Counted from the first letter of the stretch, positions 1 to 10,475 are shown. The stretch is 64,000 nt of DNA from an uncultured Candidatus Saccharibacteria bacterium (GCA_964516975.1 CAZFAS010000001.1:18823-82822); one strand, 5' to 3'. Notes: generated by a model from the letters alone, not told the origin. Numbers and translations: made by a program.

Positions 1-993
1 TGGCAGTCGCTTATGGTACAAGTTCCAAATGTACCCGACGTCTCAGTGCCAGAGGGTGATAGCGACGCCGAAAATAAAGAAGTTAAAGTATGGGGAGAGA
101 AGCCAGTTTTTGACTTTGAGCCAAAAAATCATATTGAGCTCATGGAAAATCTTGATATGGTTGATTTTGAACGTGGTACGAAGGTAGCAGGATTTCGTGG
201 GTATTTTTTGAAAGGTGACGGTGTTCTTTTGAATATGGCATTGTGGAATTTTGTAATGGATCATTTTTTAGAGAAGGGAGACTTTATGCCACTTATGACA
301 CCATCAATGGTACGACGAGAACCATTCATGGGAACTGGATATTTACCACAAAGTGAAGAAGATTTGTATAAGACTCAAGATGGTGATTATCTTTCTGGCA
401 CCGCAGAAGTTGCAACTATGGGATTTCTTATGGATGAAGTGATTCCAAAAGAGAAATTACCAATGAAGTTTATCGCATTCTCACCATGTTTTCGACGAGA
501 AGCAGGAAGTCATGGAAAAGATGTAAAAGGTTTGTATCGTGTGCATGAGTTTTTCAAACTTGAGCAAGTCGTACTCTGTGAAGCAAGTCACGAAACATCA
601 GTTCGTTTTCATGAGGAGCTCACTATGAATTCTGAGGAGATGCTTCAGAAACTCAATATTCCATATCATGTTGTGGTAAATTGTGGCGGAGATCTCGGCC
701 TCGGACAGGTTAAGAAATACGACATAGAGTCGTGGAGACCTGGCCAAAATGCATACGGTGAAACTCATTCGTCTTCATATTTTCATGATTTTCAAACAAG
801 AAGATTAAATATTAGATACAAAAATGAGGATGGTAGATTACAATTCGTGCATTCTCTTAATAATACTGCACTCGCGACTCCAAGAATCCTTATTTCAATT
901 ATTGAAAATTATCAGCAGGCAGATGGTTCAATAAAGATCCCTGATGCACTTGTGAAATACATGGGGGGTAGAACTGTAATAACGAAGAAGTAG
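1..993 (+). CDS. serS: Serine--tRNA ligase (5' truncated by window edge)
   Basis: Class II aaRS motifs FRREAGSHG, GLYRVHEF, HSLNNTALATPRILI; typical SerRS C-terminus ENYQQADGSIKIP. Confidence 0.97.
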   Translation, partial: WQSLMVQVPNVPDVSVPEGDSDAENKEVKVWGEKPVFDFEPKNHIELMENLDMVDFERGTKVAGFRGYFLKGDGVLLNMALWNFVMDHFLEKGDFMPLMTPSMVRREPFMGTGYLPQSEEDLYKTQDGDYLSGTAEVATMGFLMDEVIPKEKLPMKFIAFSPCFRREAGSHGKDVKGLYRVHEFFKLEQVVLCEASHETSVRFHEELTMNSEEMLQKLNIPYHVVVNCGGDLGLGQVKKYDIESWRPGQNAYGETHSSSYFHDFQTRRLNIRYKNEDGRLQFVHSLNNTALATPRILISIIENYQQADGSIKIPDALVKYMGGRTVITKK

Positions 994-994
994 T

Positions 995-1807
995 ATGCGA
1001 CAACTACGGTCGCCCAAATTAGTACAAAAAAGACGCCAGCGCCTTATCATAAGGACTATGTTCGTGGTACTCGCAGTTTTTATTATTGTTGGCATTCCGG
1101 TTTCAATCGCAAGCATTCCATCAATGAGAGTTAGTGATGTTTCAGTTACTGGTGCAGTGGTGGTGCCTCAAGTTGATATTCAGAATTTCGTAAAACAGAA
1201 AATTTCTGAAAAGCACTTATTCCTGTTTCCAAAGAGCAATGTCGCACTTTTTCCTGAGAAAGAAATTGAAAATCTAATCACTAAGAATTACCCAAGAGTT
1301 GAAACTGTTACGATTACATTCCCCACATTTAAAAGTGCTCGAATCGAGATTGCTGAGAGAAAAACTTTTGCAATATGGTGTAAGAGTGAGGATTCACAGG
1401 ATTGTTATAGTTTAGATTCGCATGGATATATTTTTGATCACGCACCAATTGTAACTCCGAGTGTATTTTTCATATATCGTGGAGAGGTTGCAGATAATCC
1501 TGTAGGACAGACATACCTCGCTAACGGATTATTTGAAAAAATGAATACTTTTCTTGAGAGAGTGCACAAGCTCGGTCTTGCAATAGAAAGTGTTTCAAAT
1601 ATTGGAGATGATCAATATGAGCTTTTTGTGAAAGATGACACTAAAATACTTTTTACCCTACGTGATGGAAATGAGAAAATGATTTCTAACCTAAGTTCAA
1701 TCATTGAGAATAAAACAGTGACAGTGCAAAATGATGGAACACTCGATGTTTCACTGGTTGATTTACGACATGGGAACAAAGTTATAATAAAGAAAAAAGG
1801 TGAGTAG
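995..1807 (+). CDS. FtsQ/DivIB-like cell division protein (POTRA domain)
   Basis: Basic N-terminus, single TM helix, POTRA-like segment (VSVTGA...PRVETVTITFP...IEIAER), C-terminal VDLRHGNKV resembling the FtsQ IDLR motif. Confidence 0.75.
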   Translation: MRQLRSPKLVQKRRQRLIIRTMFVVLAVFIIVGIPVSIASIPSMRVSDVSVTGAVVVPQVDIQNFVKQKISEKHLFLFPKSNVALFPEKEIENLITKNYPRVETVTITFPTFKSARIEIAERKTFAIWCKSEDSQDCYSLDSHGYIFDHAPIVTPSVFFIYRGEVADNPVGQTYLANGLFEKMNTFLERVHKLGLAIESVSNIGDDQYELFVKDDTKILFTLRDGNEKMISNLSSIIENKTVTVQNDGTLDVSLVDLRHGNKVIIKKKGE

Positions 1808-1865
1808 GTAGACATAATCCACCGTTAGTTGTGCGTATATTAATGAGACGAGGTATAATTTCTAT

Positions 1866-2252
1866 ATGTATTTTTTGCTATTCTTACCATATTATATTCG
1901 CTGGCATTATAGTAGAGCGATATCTGATCTCACATCTAATCTTAAAGAGATAGTAACTTTTATACTTCGTTTCTTTTCAGTAGCAATATTATTTAGGACT
2001 TTATTTGCGCCGTGGAAAAGGTTGGGGGAAGGTTATGCAAAGGGATTTGATCCTGCAGATTTTTTTCAAACATTGTTGCTGAATATTATATTGCGCATTG
2101 TTGGTCTAGTAATACGCTTGGTTACAATTATTATTGCGTTGTCACTCTTTGTAATTGGAGTTGCTTTGTCTCTAATAATTTTTGCTATTTGGGTATTATT
2201 CCCAATATATTTGGCATTTATTTTGGCGCTCTCTATTAAATATTTCTTCTAA
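1866..2252 (+). CDS. Small integral membrane protein coupled to the downstream Clp-type ATPase
   Basis: 128 aa hydrophobic ORF with TLFAPWKR motif; stop is 1 nt before the next ATG. Confidence 0.8.
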   Translation: MYFLLFLPYYIRWHYSRAISDLTSNLKEIVTFILRFFSVAILFRTLFAPWKRLGEGYAKGFDPADFFQTLLLNIILRIVGLVIRLVTIIIALSLFVIGVALSLIIFAIWVLFPIYLAFILALSIKYFF

Positions 2253-2253
2253 T

Positions 2254-4617
2254 ATGAACTTCCAGCATTTCAAACAAGGGCTTCAAGATTTTGTTCCAGC
2301 TATTTATCTTGAAAAAAGCATATCTCACCGCGCAAGAAGGGCAATTATCGATATTCTTCTTGTTCTTTCTGTAATTGCACTATTATTTAGTTCAGGTTTA
2401 TTTATAGAAGTGAAATCGGGTGTAACAGGACTATTTTTTCTTCTTATATTTGCTGCGAGTATCTTTATTGCTATTGATTCTTTTTATTACTCTTTATTTT
2501 TTCGAGAAAATGAGGAGAAATATTTGTTCGAACTAACAATGATGTCATTATCTGGAAAGGATAGTGATGCTACAAAGGCGTTTATACTTTCAAAGTTCGG
2601 TTCGAAGATACTGTATAGACTTGGTGTTGAAAGTAATTCAGTAGCAGATTTTTTAAATTCAAGGAAAAATGTTATTTCAAAAGAATCACTTCAGTTTGGC
2701 GGAGGAGTAACAGTGGAGTCATATTTCGAGGCGCTTCTAAATGCAGATACGGAATTTAAGAACTTCCTATCGCTTCACGGTGCAACACTTGAAATTATCG
2801 TTCATACTGCAAAACTAGTTTTTAGTCTTGATAGGGTAATAGTAAATAAAGAACGCTGGTGGTCATCAAATAATCTTAGAAATATTAAGGCAATAGGTAC
2901 CGACTGGGCATACGGAGCCGCATACACACTTTCGCGTTGGAGTTCTCCATTACAATTTTCAGCTTCTTTAAACGATGAGTTGCATGAGAAAGAAATTATT
3001 AGCTTAGAGAACATTCTTTCAAAAAGTAAGGGGACTAACGTCCTACTTGTAGGTGAAGAAGGTTCTGGGAAAATGGAAGTTCTCGAAGGATTAGGCAGAA
3101 AAATAGAAAGAGGAAGTAGCTCGACACTAAGAAATAAAAAAATCTTGGTACTTGATGGATCAGGGTTTGCAGCATATGCAAATGAAAAATCTGCATTTGA
3201 AAAACTTTTGATTGAATTACTTATTGATGCACAGCATGCTGGAAATATTATTCTTGTAATACCAGATTTTCCAGCACTTATTCGAGATGGTCTAGCGCTC
3301 GGTATAGATATTCAGAGTTTATTAAATCCATATCTATCTGCATCAAACATACAACTTGTTGGGATAAGTGATGAAGCAGAGTTTCATAAGATAATTGAAC
3401 CAAATCAAAGTATTACAACACACTTTGAAACACTTGCTGTGAAGAGTGAGGGTGTCGATAAAATACTTTCCATATTCGAAGATGAAATTTTGGAGCTCGA
3501 AGGGCGTGAAGGAGTTACTTATTCATATCCAGCTTTATTTGAGGCAGTAACTGATGCAGAGCGATATTTCGTAGGATCATCACTCTTCGCTCGGGCTCAA
3601 GAACTTCTCACTGAATCAGCATCAAAAGCTCGTAGTTTAGGAAGGGGAGTTGTACTTCCGGAAGATATCCTTTCACTTATAAAAACAAAAACTGGCATAC
3701 CAACAGGAGTTATAGATTCAATTGAGAAGGAAAAGTTACTGAACTTAGAGACTATGCTTCATGAAAGAGTTATTGGTCAAAATGAAGCAATAAAATCGAT
3801 TAGCGATGCACTTCGCAGGGCGCGAGCTGGTATTGCAAATCCCAAAAGACCAATGGGATCTTTTCTCTTTCTTGGCCCAACTGGTGTTGGTAAAACAGAA
3901 ACAACAAAGGCTCTTGGTGAAATATTCTTTGGACAAAATGCAAAGATACTAAGGCTTGATATGTCTGAGTACAATACTCCCGACGCTCTAAACCGGCTAA
4001 TTGGATCATTTGATAGTGGTACACCAGGAGTATTAACCTCTATGATACGAGAAAATCCGTATGGCGTGCTCCTCCTCGATGAATTTGAAAAGACTGATCG
4101 AAAAGTTCTTGACCTCTTTTTGCAAATTCTCGATGAAGGAATATTTTCTGATGTTCAAGGCAGAAGAGTGAGTGCACGCAACCTTATTGTTATAGCAACA
4201 TCAAATGCTGGAAGCCAAAATATTTTCGAAACAGTACAAGCTGGTAAAGATCTAGCTTCTAGCAAGGATGCAATCATCGAGTCTATTGTTCGTGAGGGTA
4301 TTTATAAGCCAGAACTTCTTAACCGTTTTGATGGGGTAATACTTTTCCATCCACTTACGGAGTCTGACCTAAAAGAAGTTGCCAAGATTATGCTTAAACG
4401 TTTGGAATGGAGACTTAAAGAAAGAAACATAACTCTTGTAGTGAATGACGCACTCGTGCAATTCCTTGTGAAAAAAGGTAGTGATCCAAAGTTCGGTGCG
4501 AGACCTCTTAATCGCGCAATTCAGGATACAGTGGAAAAGATCATTGCAGATAGAATAATTGCTGGAACTTTAACTCCTGGATCGTCACTTGAACTTACTG
4601 ATGCAGATTTAGTTTAA
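2254..4617 (+). CDS. Membrane-anchored ClpA/ClpB-family AAA+ ATPase with degenerate first AAA module
   Basis: Two N-terminal TM helices; D1 GEEGSGKME with no Walker B DE; D2 GSFLFLGPTGVGKT, RLDMSEY, LLLDEFEK, PELLNRFD, GARPL. ATG 2254 chosen over upstream TTG. Confidence 0.9.
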   Translation: MNFQHFKQGLQDFVPAIYLEKSISHRARRAIIDILLVLSVIALLFSSGLFIEVKSGVTGLFFLLIFAASIFIAIDSFYYSLFFRENEEKYLFELTMMSLSGKDSDATKAFILSKFGSKILYRLGVESNSVADFLNSRKNVISKESLQFGGGVTVESYFEALLNADTEFKNFLSLHGATLEIIVHTAKLVFSLDRVIVNKERWWSSNNLRNIKAIGTDWAYGAAYTLSRWSSPLQFSASLNDELHEKEIISLENILSKSKGTNVLLVGEEGSGKMEVLEGLGRKIERGSSSTLRNKKILVLDGSGFAAYANEKSAFEKLLIELLIDAQHAGNIILVIPDFPALIRDGLALGIDIQSLLNPYLSASNIQLVGISDEAEFHKIIEPNQSITTHFETLAVKSEGVDKILSIFEDEILELEGREGVTYSYPALFEAVTDAERYFVGSSLFARAQELLTESASKARSLGRGVVLPEDILSLIKTKTGIPTGVIDSIEKEKLLNLETMLHERVIGQNEAIKSISDALRRARAGIANPKRPMGSFLFLGPTGVGKTETTKALGEIFFGQNAKILRLDMSEYNTPDALNRLIGSFDSGTPGVLTSMIRENPYGVLLLDEFEKTDRKVLDLFLQILDEGIFSDVQGRRVSARNLIVIATSNAGSQNIFETVQAGKDLASSKDAIIESIVREGIYKPELLNRFDGVILFHPLTESDLKEVAKIMLKRLEWRLKERNITLVVNDALVQFLVKKGSDPKFGARPLNRAIQDTVEKIIADRIIAGTLTPGSSLELTDADLV

Positions 4618-4655
4618 GAATTTGTTTCTTTTTCAAATTCTAGTATATTCCTCGT

Positions 4656-5693
4656 ATGAATACTTCAGGGTTTTGGGATAAACTTCATAAACCAATTTTT
4701 GTATTGGCGCCAATGGCAGATGTCACTGATGCGTCTTTTCGCTACATTATTGCAAAATATTCAAAGTATGCGGGAAAAGATATTGGTGCCTATGGAGAGA
4801 AAAATATTCCACATGCAGAGAATGAATATCCCCATGTATTATGGACTGAGTTTGTTTCTGCAGATGGATTAGTTCTTGCGCCTGAGGAGGGAAAAAAGAA
4901 ACTTATGCGTGATCTTATGTTTACGCCCGCTGAGAGACCAATCGTTGCTCAATTCTTTACTTCGAAACCAGAAAATATGCGAAAGGCAGCTGTAATAGCA
5001 AAAGAGCTTGGTTTTGATGGAGTAGACATCAATATGGGCTGTCCAGATAAAGGTATCGAAAAACAGGGTGCTGGTGCTGCAATGATAAAAACACCCAAAC
5101 TCGCAAGAGAGATAATCAGAGCTGCGAAAGAGGGAGGACAAGATCTTCCAGTCTCTGTGAAGACTCGTATTGGATACAATAGAGATCAACTTGAAGAGTG
5201 GCTTCCAGAATTACTTGCTGAGGAGCCAGCTCTTATCACTATTCATGCAAGAACTCGAAAAGAAATGTCAAAAGTTCCAGCACGATGGGAACATGTAAAA
5301 AGAGCGGTTGAAATTCGGGATCAGTTAAAAAGCAAGACTCTTATTTTTGGAAATGGAGACGTTCTCAGTATCGAGGACGCAAGGAAGAAAGTTACAGAAA
5401 CAGGGTGTGATGGTGTGATGTTGGGTAGAGCAATATTTGGGAATCCATGGGTCTTTCGTGATCCTGTGTATACTCCGAGTATTAAGGAAAAATTGGAAGT
5501 ACTCATAGAGCATACGAAACTCTATGAAAAACTTCTTGGTGATATAAAAAGTTTTTCTATAATGAAGAAACATTTTAAAGCTTACGTGGACGGATTTGAT
5601 GGTGCAAAAAAACTTAGAGTTGAACTTATGGATACACAGTCCGCTTTAGAAGTAGAAGTAAAAATTCGAGAGTTTCTTGAGAGCTGTGCATAG
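4656..5693 (+). CDS. dus: tRNA-dihydrouridine synthase
   Basis: LAPMADVTD, DINMGCP, SVKTRIG, IHART, GNGDV, GVMLGRAIFGNPW. Confidence 0.95.
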   Translation: MNTSGFWDKLHKPIFVLAPMADVTDASFRYIIAKYSKYAGKDIGAYGEKNIPHAENEYPHVLWTEFVSADGLVLAPEEGKKKLMRDLMFTPAERPIVAQFFTSKPENMRKAAVIAKELGFDGVDINMGCPDKGIEKQGAGAAMIKTPKLAREIIRAAKEGGQDLPVSVKTRIGYNRDQLEEWLPELLAEEPALITIHARTRKEMSKVPARWEHVKRAVEIRDQLKSKTLIFGNGDVLSIEDARKKVTETGCDGVMLGRAIFGNPWVFRDPVYTPSIKEKLEVLIEHTKLYEKLLGDIKSFSIMKKHFKAYVDGFDGAKKLRVELMDTQSALEVEVKIREFLESCA

Positions 5694-5791
5694 CTATTTA
5701 CAAAAAAAACAGGAGTAGTATAGTTTTTTAAGAGTAGTACATGTGGTACCAGTTTAGATCCTGCAGTTTCGTCCAACACACAGGAGAAGGT

Positions 5792-6079
5792 ATGGCAAAG
5801 GGAAAGGGTGGGAAAGAGAGCAAAGAACGGGAGCATGCACCAAGTGTTCCGCAACTGCCCGCAGTGTTCCGTGATGTGGAAAGGAAGATGAATACCAGCT
5901 GGGCGTCTCGAATAGCAACTGGTGAGTTCAACATCGAGAATCTTCATGGGGATGATCCCTCTGAGGGATTAGAAACCCAAGATTTCGACGATTTGAGCTT
6001 GCAAGAGCTGTCGGGATTCCAGGTATTCCCAACCATGAACCACTTCAAGCGAAGCCTCATGAGTAAGAGGAATCGCTAG
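5792..6079 (+). CDS. Orphan hypothetical protein
   Basis: AGGAG SD before ATG 5792; promoter TTTACA-N16-TATAGT at 5697-5724; terminator at 6105-6135. Confidence 0.6.
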   Translation: MAKGKGGKESKEREHAPSVPQLPAVFRDVERKMNTSWASRIATGEFNIENLHGDDPSEGLETQDFDDLSLQELSGFQVFPTMNHFKRSLMSKRNR

Positions 6080-6104
6080 AGTATGAGGGAAGAGATCTGA
6101 AAAC

Positions 6105-6135
6105 AAGGGCGAACCAATGTGGTTCGCCCTTTCTT
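6105..6135 (+). terminator. Intrinsic terminator
   Basis: AAGGGCGAACCA/TGGTTCGCCCTT stem followed by a T-rich tail. Confidence 0.8.
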
Positions 6136-6225
6136 ATTTACTTTGTGAGTTAAATGTGTTATTTTCTAACAAGGTTTTTTCCGTAGTTCTTTCTATCACG
6201 AGTTTCTTTCATCAGGGGCTGGAAT

Positions 6226-6891
6226 ATGAACATAAAGGCGGTTTTGCAACTCCTACCGTGTGTTGCTATCTTGGCTTCGTGTGGAAACACGACTAAGGTA
6301 TACATCACGAATCCGTCGTACCCGCCAGAGCAACAAGGAAGTTATAGACTCAGAATTGCACCACATCAGTTTGTTGGTGAGATGGGCGATAAGATTCAGA
6401 TCATTATCGATCGGTCAGTGCCGGTCGGTGTTTCTGACTCTGTTATCTTCCGAACGAGTTCATCAAGCACAGTAAGTGTGTCCGCAAATGGTATCGTGTC
6501 ACTTAATTCGCCAGGTTTGGCGAGAGTGTATGCGAAGCTGTTCGCCGATAGTGCGTATGTTGATACACTTGTTGTTACTGTGAACAATCGTACAGCACTT
6601 ACGATTAAGTTCGGAGCAGACTCAGTTCGTGTTCAAGTTGGCAAGAGCTACGATATTCCGGTTCAAGTCAAAGGAAAGGCAGGAGTCACTACTGACTTCA
6701 CCTGTGCTTCCTTGGATGTTTCGGTAGTACGTGCTAATGCCGTGCTTACAGACGGGGTCTGCAGGGTTACACCGGTTGTGGTGAATCCGAAAGGTTCGAA
6801 TTCACCCGTAATTGTCACTGCAACTACGGTTGCAGTCGATGCTGTTACTGGTCGTATGACAACCGGTACTCGTGTATACGTTGATCCATAG
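6226..6891 (+). CDS. Putative lipoprotein with Ig-like (Big_2-type) domains
   Basis: Lipobox LASC; beta-rich repeats FRTSSSSTVSVSANGIV and CASLDVSVV. Confidence 0.7.
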   Translation: MNIKAVLQLLPCVAILASCGNTTKVYITNPSYPPEQQGSYRLRIAPHQFVGEMGDKIQIIIDRSVPVGVSDSVIFRTSSSSTVSVSANGIVSLNSPGLARVYAKLFADSAYVDTLVVTVNNRTALTIKFGADSVRVQVGKSYDIPVQVKGKAGVTTDFTCASLDVSVVRANAVLTDGVCRVTPVVVNPKGSNSPVIVTATTVAVDAVTGRMTTGTRVYVDP

Positions 6892-6898
6892 GATCTAA

Positions 6899-6929
6899 AC
6901 AAAAGCGGAGCAAGTGCTCCGCTTTTTCT
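6899..6929. terminator. Bidirectional terminator between convergent genes
   Basis: AAAAGCGGAGCA-AG-TGCTCCGCTTTT. Confidence 0.85.
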
Positions 6930-7942
6930 TATGCTTCTTTATGTTTTGAAAATGTGAGATAGATACCAATCGGTACCCAAATCCAATATGAGACAAGGCG
7001 GAAAAGGAGTGTTGCAAGTATTGCATTGTGAGATTCAATTCCAAATGCGCTAAAAATAAGCACGAGTGATGCTTCAGTTACTCCCGGTTGTCCAGGAATA
7101 AGTGTGAGGAGTGAAAGGAGAAGTGAGAGAAGATATCCAAAGATTACGAGTGCATAGGGGACAGAAGTTCCAAATGCAAGGAAAGATATATAGAGCATAG
7201 TAATATCGAGGAGAAAATAAATTGTAAATAGAAAGAAAACAGCTGCTGCTCTTTTGCCCTGAGCAAAAAAAAGTGGGAAGTTCTCTTCAAGTTTATTTAT
7301 ACCACTGACAATTTTGGAGGTTACATCATCCTCCTCAAATGCAAACGGAATTACATAGCGAATAACATGAATAATTTTTTCTATAATTCTATGAAGAAGG
7401 GCACCTTTATTTTTTTTAATCAGGAAGTACCATAAAAAGATTGCCCCAATTACAGCAACTGAAAAAATAAGAAGTGCTACTTTAGGAATAAGCGAAATAT
7501 AATTATGCGGAATGATAAGTGCGCTTAAAATGAAGAAGATGACATATTGTGAGAATAGCAGAACCACCCACGCTGTTTCAAGAAAGATAATCGATGATAT
7601 TGAGAGCTTAAGACGCTTATAGGCAATGTAACTTGTGATAGATCCACCTGCAATTGGCATGATCTTATTACCAAATTCATTCATAATTGAGATTTTAAAA
7701 TTATTTATGAGTGATGTTTTTTCCCCGACAAAATCAAGAAGGGTGTTTGATGTTACAGCATTCACTGCGAAGCTTAAAATCTGAAGCGCAAAAACTGTAA
7801 GTAAGAGCCATTTGTTTGATTCAAGAAAAATCGATCTAATTTCTTTCGGGTCTTTGAGCATAATATACGAAAGAAAGGCAATAGAAATAATAATAAGTAT
7901 AAAACTCATTATTTTGCGTTTTGTATCCTTACTTTTTGCCAT
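6929..7942 (-). CDS. Lysylphosphatidylglycerol synthase TM / flippase-like domain protein (UPF0104)
   Basis: Multi-TM protein with PGQPGVTEA and ATLLFRLVSYW motifs; start placed at MAKSK (7942). Confidence 0.85.
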   Translation of the reverse strand: MAKSKDTKRKIMSFILIIISIAFLSYIMLKDPKEIRSIFLESNKWLLLTVFALQILSFAVNAVTSNTLLDFVGEKTSLINNFKISIMNEFGNKIMPIAGGSITSYIAYKRLKLSISSIIFLETAWVVLLFSQYVIFFILSALIIPHNYISLIPKVALLIFSVAVIGAIFLWYFLIKKNKGALLHRIIEKIIHVIRYVIPFAFEEDDVTSKIVSGINKLEENFPLFFAQGKRAAAVFFLFTIYFLLDITMLYISFLAFGTSVPYALVIFGYLLSLLLSLLTLIPGQPGVTEASLVLIFSAFGIESHNAILATLLFRLVSYWIWVPIGIYLTFSKHKEA

Positions 7943-7947
7943 CACAT

Positions 7948-8115
7948 TTATTCGAAGTTTTTTGCTAGTGTGTATCCTACCCAGATACCTGCAAGCCCAC
8001 CGCATGCAGAAAGGATTATTGATGAAAACGATATGTTGCTGATGCCCCAAAAAGTTGGTATGTATCCACCAATAATAGATCCAATGGTAATACAGAGAAA
8101 AATCAATTTCTTCAT
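7948..8115 (-). CDS. 55-aa two-TM small membrane protein (absent from ORF track)
   Basis: Manual translation MKKLIFLCITIGSIIGGYIPTFWGISNISFSSIILSACGGLAGIWVGYTLAKNFE; ends 5 nt before the next start. Confidence 0.75.
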   Translation of the reverse strand: MKKLIFLCITIGSIIGGYIPTFWGISNISFSSIILSACGGLAGIWVGYTLAKNFE

Positions 8116-8152
8116 ATTTTAAGTATAACAGGGAATTGAGGTCAATTGAGTT

Positions 8153-8185
8153 AACAAAAAAACCGCCAAGGGCGGTTTTTTTGTT
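8153..8185 (-). terminator. Intrinsic terminator after pilin gene
   Basis: AAAAAAACCGCC-AAG-GGCGGTTTTTTT. Confidence 0.85.
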
Positions 8186-8672
8186 AGCGAACAACCTCCA
8201 GTGCCGTTGTTCTAGGTATCGATGGCTCAGTTGTTGAGGCGATAACATGAACTCTCCCATTCGATTCTACGTATACTTGATAGCCAGTATCGTTTCCTGA
8301 AGCTGATGTTGGGTCTGAGGGCATAATAGACATATACATTGGTACTAAACATGAGAGATCTATGCCTGTTCCAGCGCCATTTGATATTTGCTGAGCGCTG
8401 GCAGGTAAAGTTGGGCAACTAATACTTGCAGTTGGAGAGTTGAATACTCCTTTGTTGTCTGCCATTCTCTGCCCAATAGCATTCAAAATAGTATTGATGT
8501 TGCTGTGTCTTTGAGAATCTCTTGCTTGAGCAAACTGTCGTGCTGGGTTAATAGCAACTATAACGATAGCAGCAAGTACTGCTATGATTCCAATAACAAC
8601 AAGAATTTCAATAAGTGTAAACCCTTTTGAGCCAACTTTTTTTGATACAGCTGGCTTATGAAAGATATTCAT
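8184..8672 (-). CDS. Type IV pilin / GspG-like prepilin
   Basis: Class III signal KG|FTLIEILVVIGIIAVLAAIV, ARDSQR, MPSDP, two Cys. Confidence 0.92.
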   Translation of the reverse strand: MNIFHKPAVSKKVGSKGFTLIEILVVIGIIAVLAAIVIVAINPARQFAQARDSQRHSNINTILNAIGQRMADNKGVFNSPTASISCPTLPASAQQISNGAGTGIDLSCLVPMYMSIMPSDPTSASGNDTGYQVYVESNGRVHVIASTTEPSIPRTTALEVVR

Positions 8673-8811
8673 ATATTTGGTATAATTTAATAAATAAGTA
8701 CTCACATGTACTTGTGAACACTGTATACCAATGATTACCTGAGTTCAAGGAAATCAGAATTTGCCAAGTATGAAAGAATATGTGTTATTTATATACTAAA
8801 TAAACTAATAT

Positions 8812-9054
8812 ATGAAAAAGACAATGTGTGAAAGCTGTATGATGCCGTTCGATAAAGATACTGGTGTGCGTGAATCAGATAAATATTGCAGCCTTTGTTT
8901 TAAGAACGGGAAACTATGTTATGAGGGAAATGATTTGAAGGAGTTTCAAGCGGTATGTTACAAAAGTATGAGGTCAAGGGGAATAGGTTTACTCAAAGCA
9001 AAATTATTTACTTTTATGATACGATTTGCTCCACGCTGGAAAAATAATACCTAG
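8812..9054 (+). CDS. Zinc-ribbon domain protein (Zn_ribbon_2-like)
   Basis: CESCMMP...YCSLCFKNG...PRWK pattern. Confidence 0.8.
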   Translation: MKKTMCESCMMPFDKDTGVRESDKYCSLCFKNGKLCYEGNDLKEFQAVCYKSMRSRGIGLLKAKLFTFMIRFAPRWKNNT

Positions 9055-9109
9055 TTATTTTTTATAGCATTGTCTATCGAAATCAAGTAATTCAGCATAT
9101 AATATTTAT

Positions 9110-9508
9110 ATGAAAGGATATAAACAAAATATTGAATCAGTTGTGCGTGAAAATTCTGATTTCCGAAGAGTTTTATATACAAGCAAGTTTAGCCAGTTAG
9201 TTGCTATGAGTCTTTTGCCATTAGAGGAAATTGGTTTAGAGGTTCATGAAACAAATGATCAGTTTTTTCGATTTGAGAGCGGAGTTGGCAAAGTAATTAT
9301 CAATGAAAACGAATATGATGTTGCTGATGGGGATGCAGTTATAGTACCCGCAGGAAGTAAACACAATGTGATAAATACATCTACTGATCAAAGTCTTAAG
9401 TTATATACTATATATTCTCCTGCACACCATAAAGATGGGATTGTTCGTGCAACAAAACATGAAGCTGAACAGGATGGCCCAGAATTTGATGGAGTGACAA
9501 CAGAATAG
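9110..9508 (+). CDS. Cupin domain protein
   Basis: EIGLEVH...DQFFRFESG...VPAGSKHNVIN...LKLYTIYSPAHH. Confidence 0.92.
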   Translation: MKGYKQNIESVVRENSDFRRVLYTSKFSQLVAMSLLPLEEIGLEVHETNDQFFRFESGVGKVIINENEYDVADGDAVIVPAGSKHNVINTSTDQSLKLYTIYSPAHHKDGIVRATKHEAEQDGPEFDGVTTE

Positions 9509-9509
9509 T

Positions 9510-10475
9510 ATGAAAAAAAAATCCAAAGGATATACAACACTAACGCTAGTACTTGTGAGTGCATTTGTTATTGCTATAGGAGTTTTCTTTTATATGAGAT
9601 CCGGTAATTCAGAAAACGCTCTTCTTAAAAAACAGGCGGATTTGAAAGCTCAACTTGCAAATGCAAAGTCAAAGCTTGGAAATGAGAAAGATAAGTTAAA
9701 TGATGCAGAAAAGGCTTTTCGTGTAGCATTTCCATTTTATGACTTTGTAGATGATCAGCTTGTTGCAATGAATCAGGCAGTAAATAGAACTGATGTACTT
9801 TTTCAAAATCCACTGACAGAAAATCCAGTATTAAAAATAAAGACAAGTAATCCAGAAGTACAAAAGAATATTGAAGATAAGAGAACGATAATAAATGAGA
9901 TTCTTCAGGATTGGAGAAGTAGGGTTGATGTAACACTTGCTGGGAAAATAGATAAGGCAACACTTGATCAATTAAAAAAGGATTCGCTCACTATAGAGTC
10001 GTATGTAAATGATTTAAATGCATATGTTGATTCACTTACTCCTGCAAACTCCGGACTCTCACAGTCTCAGATTCAAAGTTATCAGCAAATGATTGACTCT
10101 GTTATTCAGGAAATTAAAGATGCGATTAATTCCATAGATACAACTGGTAGTACTCTTCAGAATCCTGATCCAAGTGCTCAGCAAAATGTTCAATCCCCAA
10201 CAACTCAACAAACAGTAGTGAATAATGCTCAAGCAGAGGTTACTTTTATTGAGCAACAACTAGCTAATGTTGAAGCTCAAATAGATGCAAGTAATCAAAA
10301 TGATCCACAGTCACAAAATCAAACTCCAGTAGATCAAACTCAGCCCACAGTAGGGGACCAAAGCACTGACAATTCAAATGCAACAGATACTGGGACAACA
10401 ATCTTTTTCCCAACACAACCAATCAATGTAACCCCAGGCGCCCCTCGACTTATACAGGGTACAAATAAGGACTAG
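9510..10475 (+). CDS. Membrane-anchored coiled-coil hypothetical protein
   Basis: N-terminal TM helix, heptad-rich body, Q/T/P-rich tail. Confidence 0.75.
   Translation: MKKKSKGYTTLTLVLVSAFVIAIGVFFYMRSGNSENALLKKQADLKAQLANAKSKLGNEKDKLNDAEKAFRVAFPFYDFVDDQLVAMNQAVNRTDVLFQNPLTENPVLKIKTSNPEVQKNIEDKRTIINEILQDWRSRVDVTLAGKIDKATLDQLKKDSLTIESYVNDLNAYVDSLTPANSGLSQSQIQSYQQMIDSVIQEIKDAINSIDTTGSTLQNPDPSAQQNVQSPTTQQTVVNNAQAEVTFIEQQLANVEAQIDASNQNDPQSQNQTPVDQTQPTVGDQSTDNSNATDTGTTIFFPTQPINVTPGAPRLIQGTNKD

Noticed and set aside
7943-8260. N-terminal 106-aa extension of the 443-aa flippase ORF
   Set aside because: It overlaps the pilin gene, its terminator and a better 55-aa ORF; the true start is likely 7942
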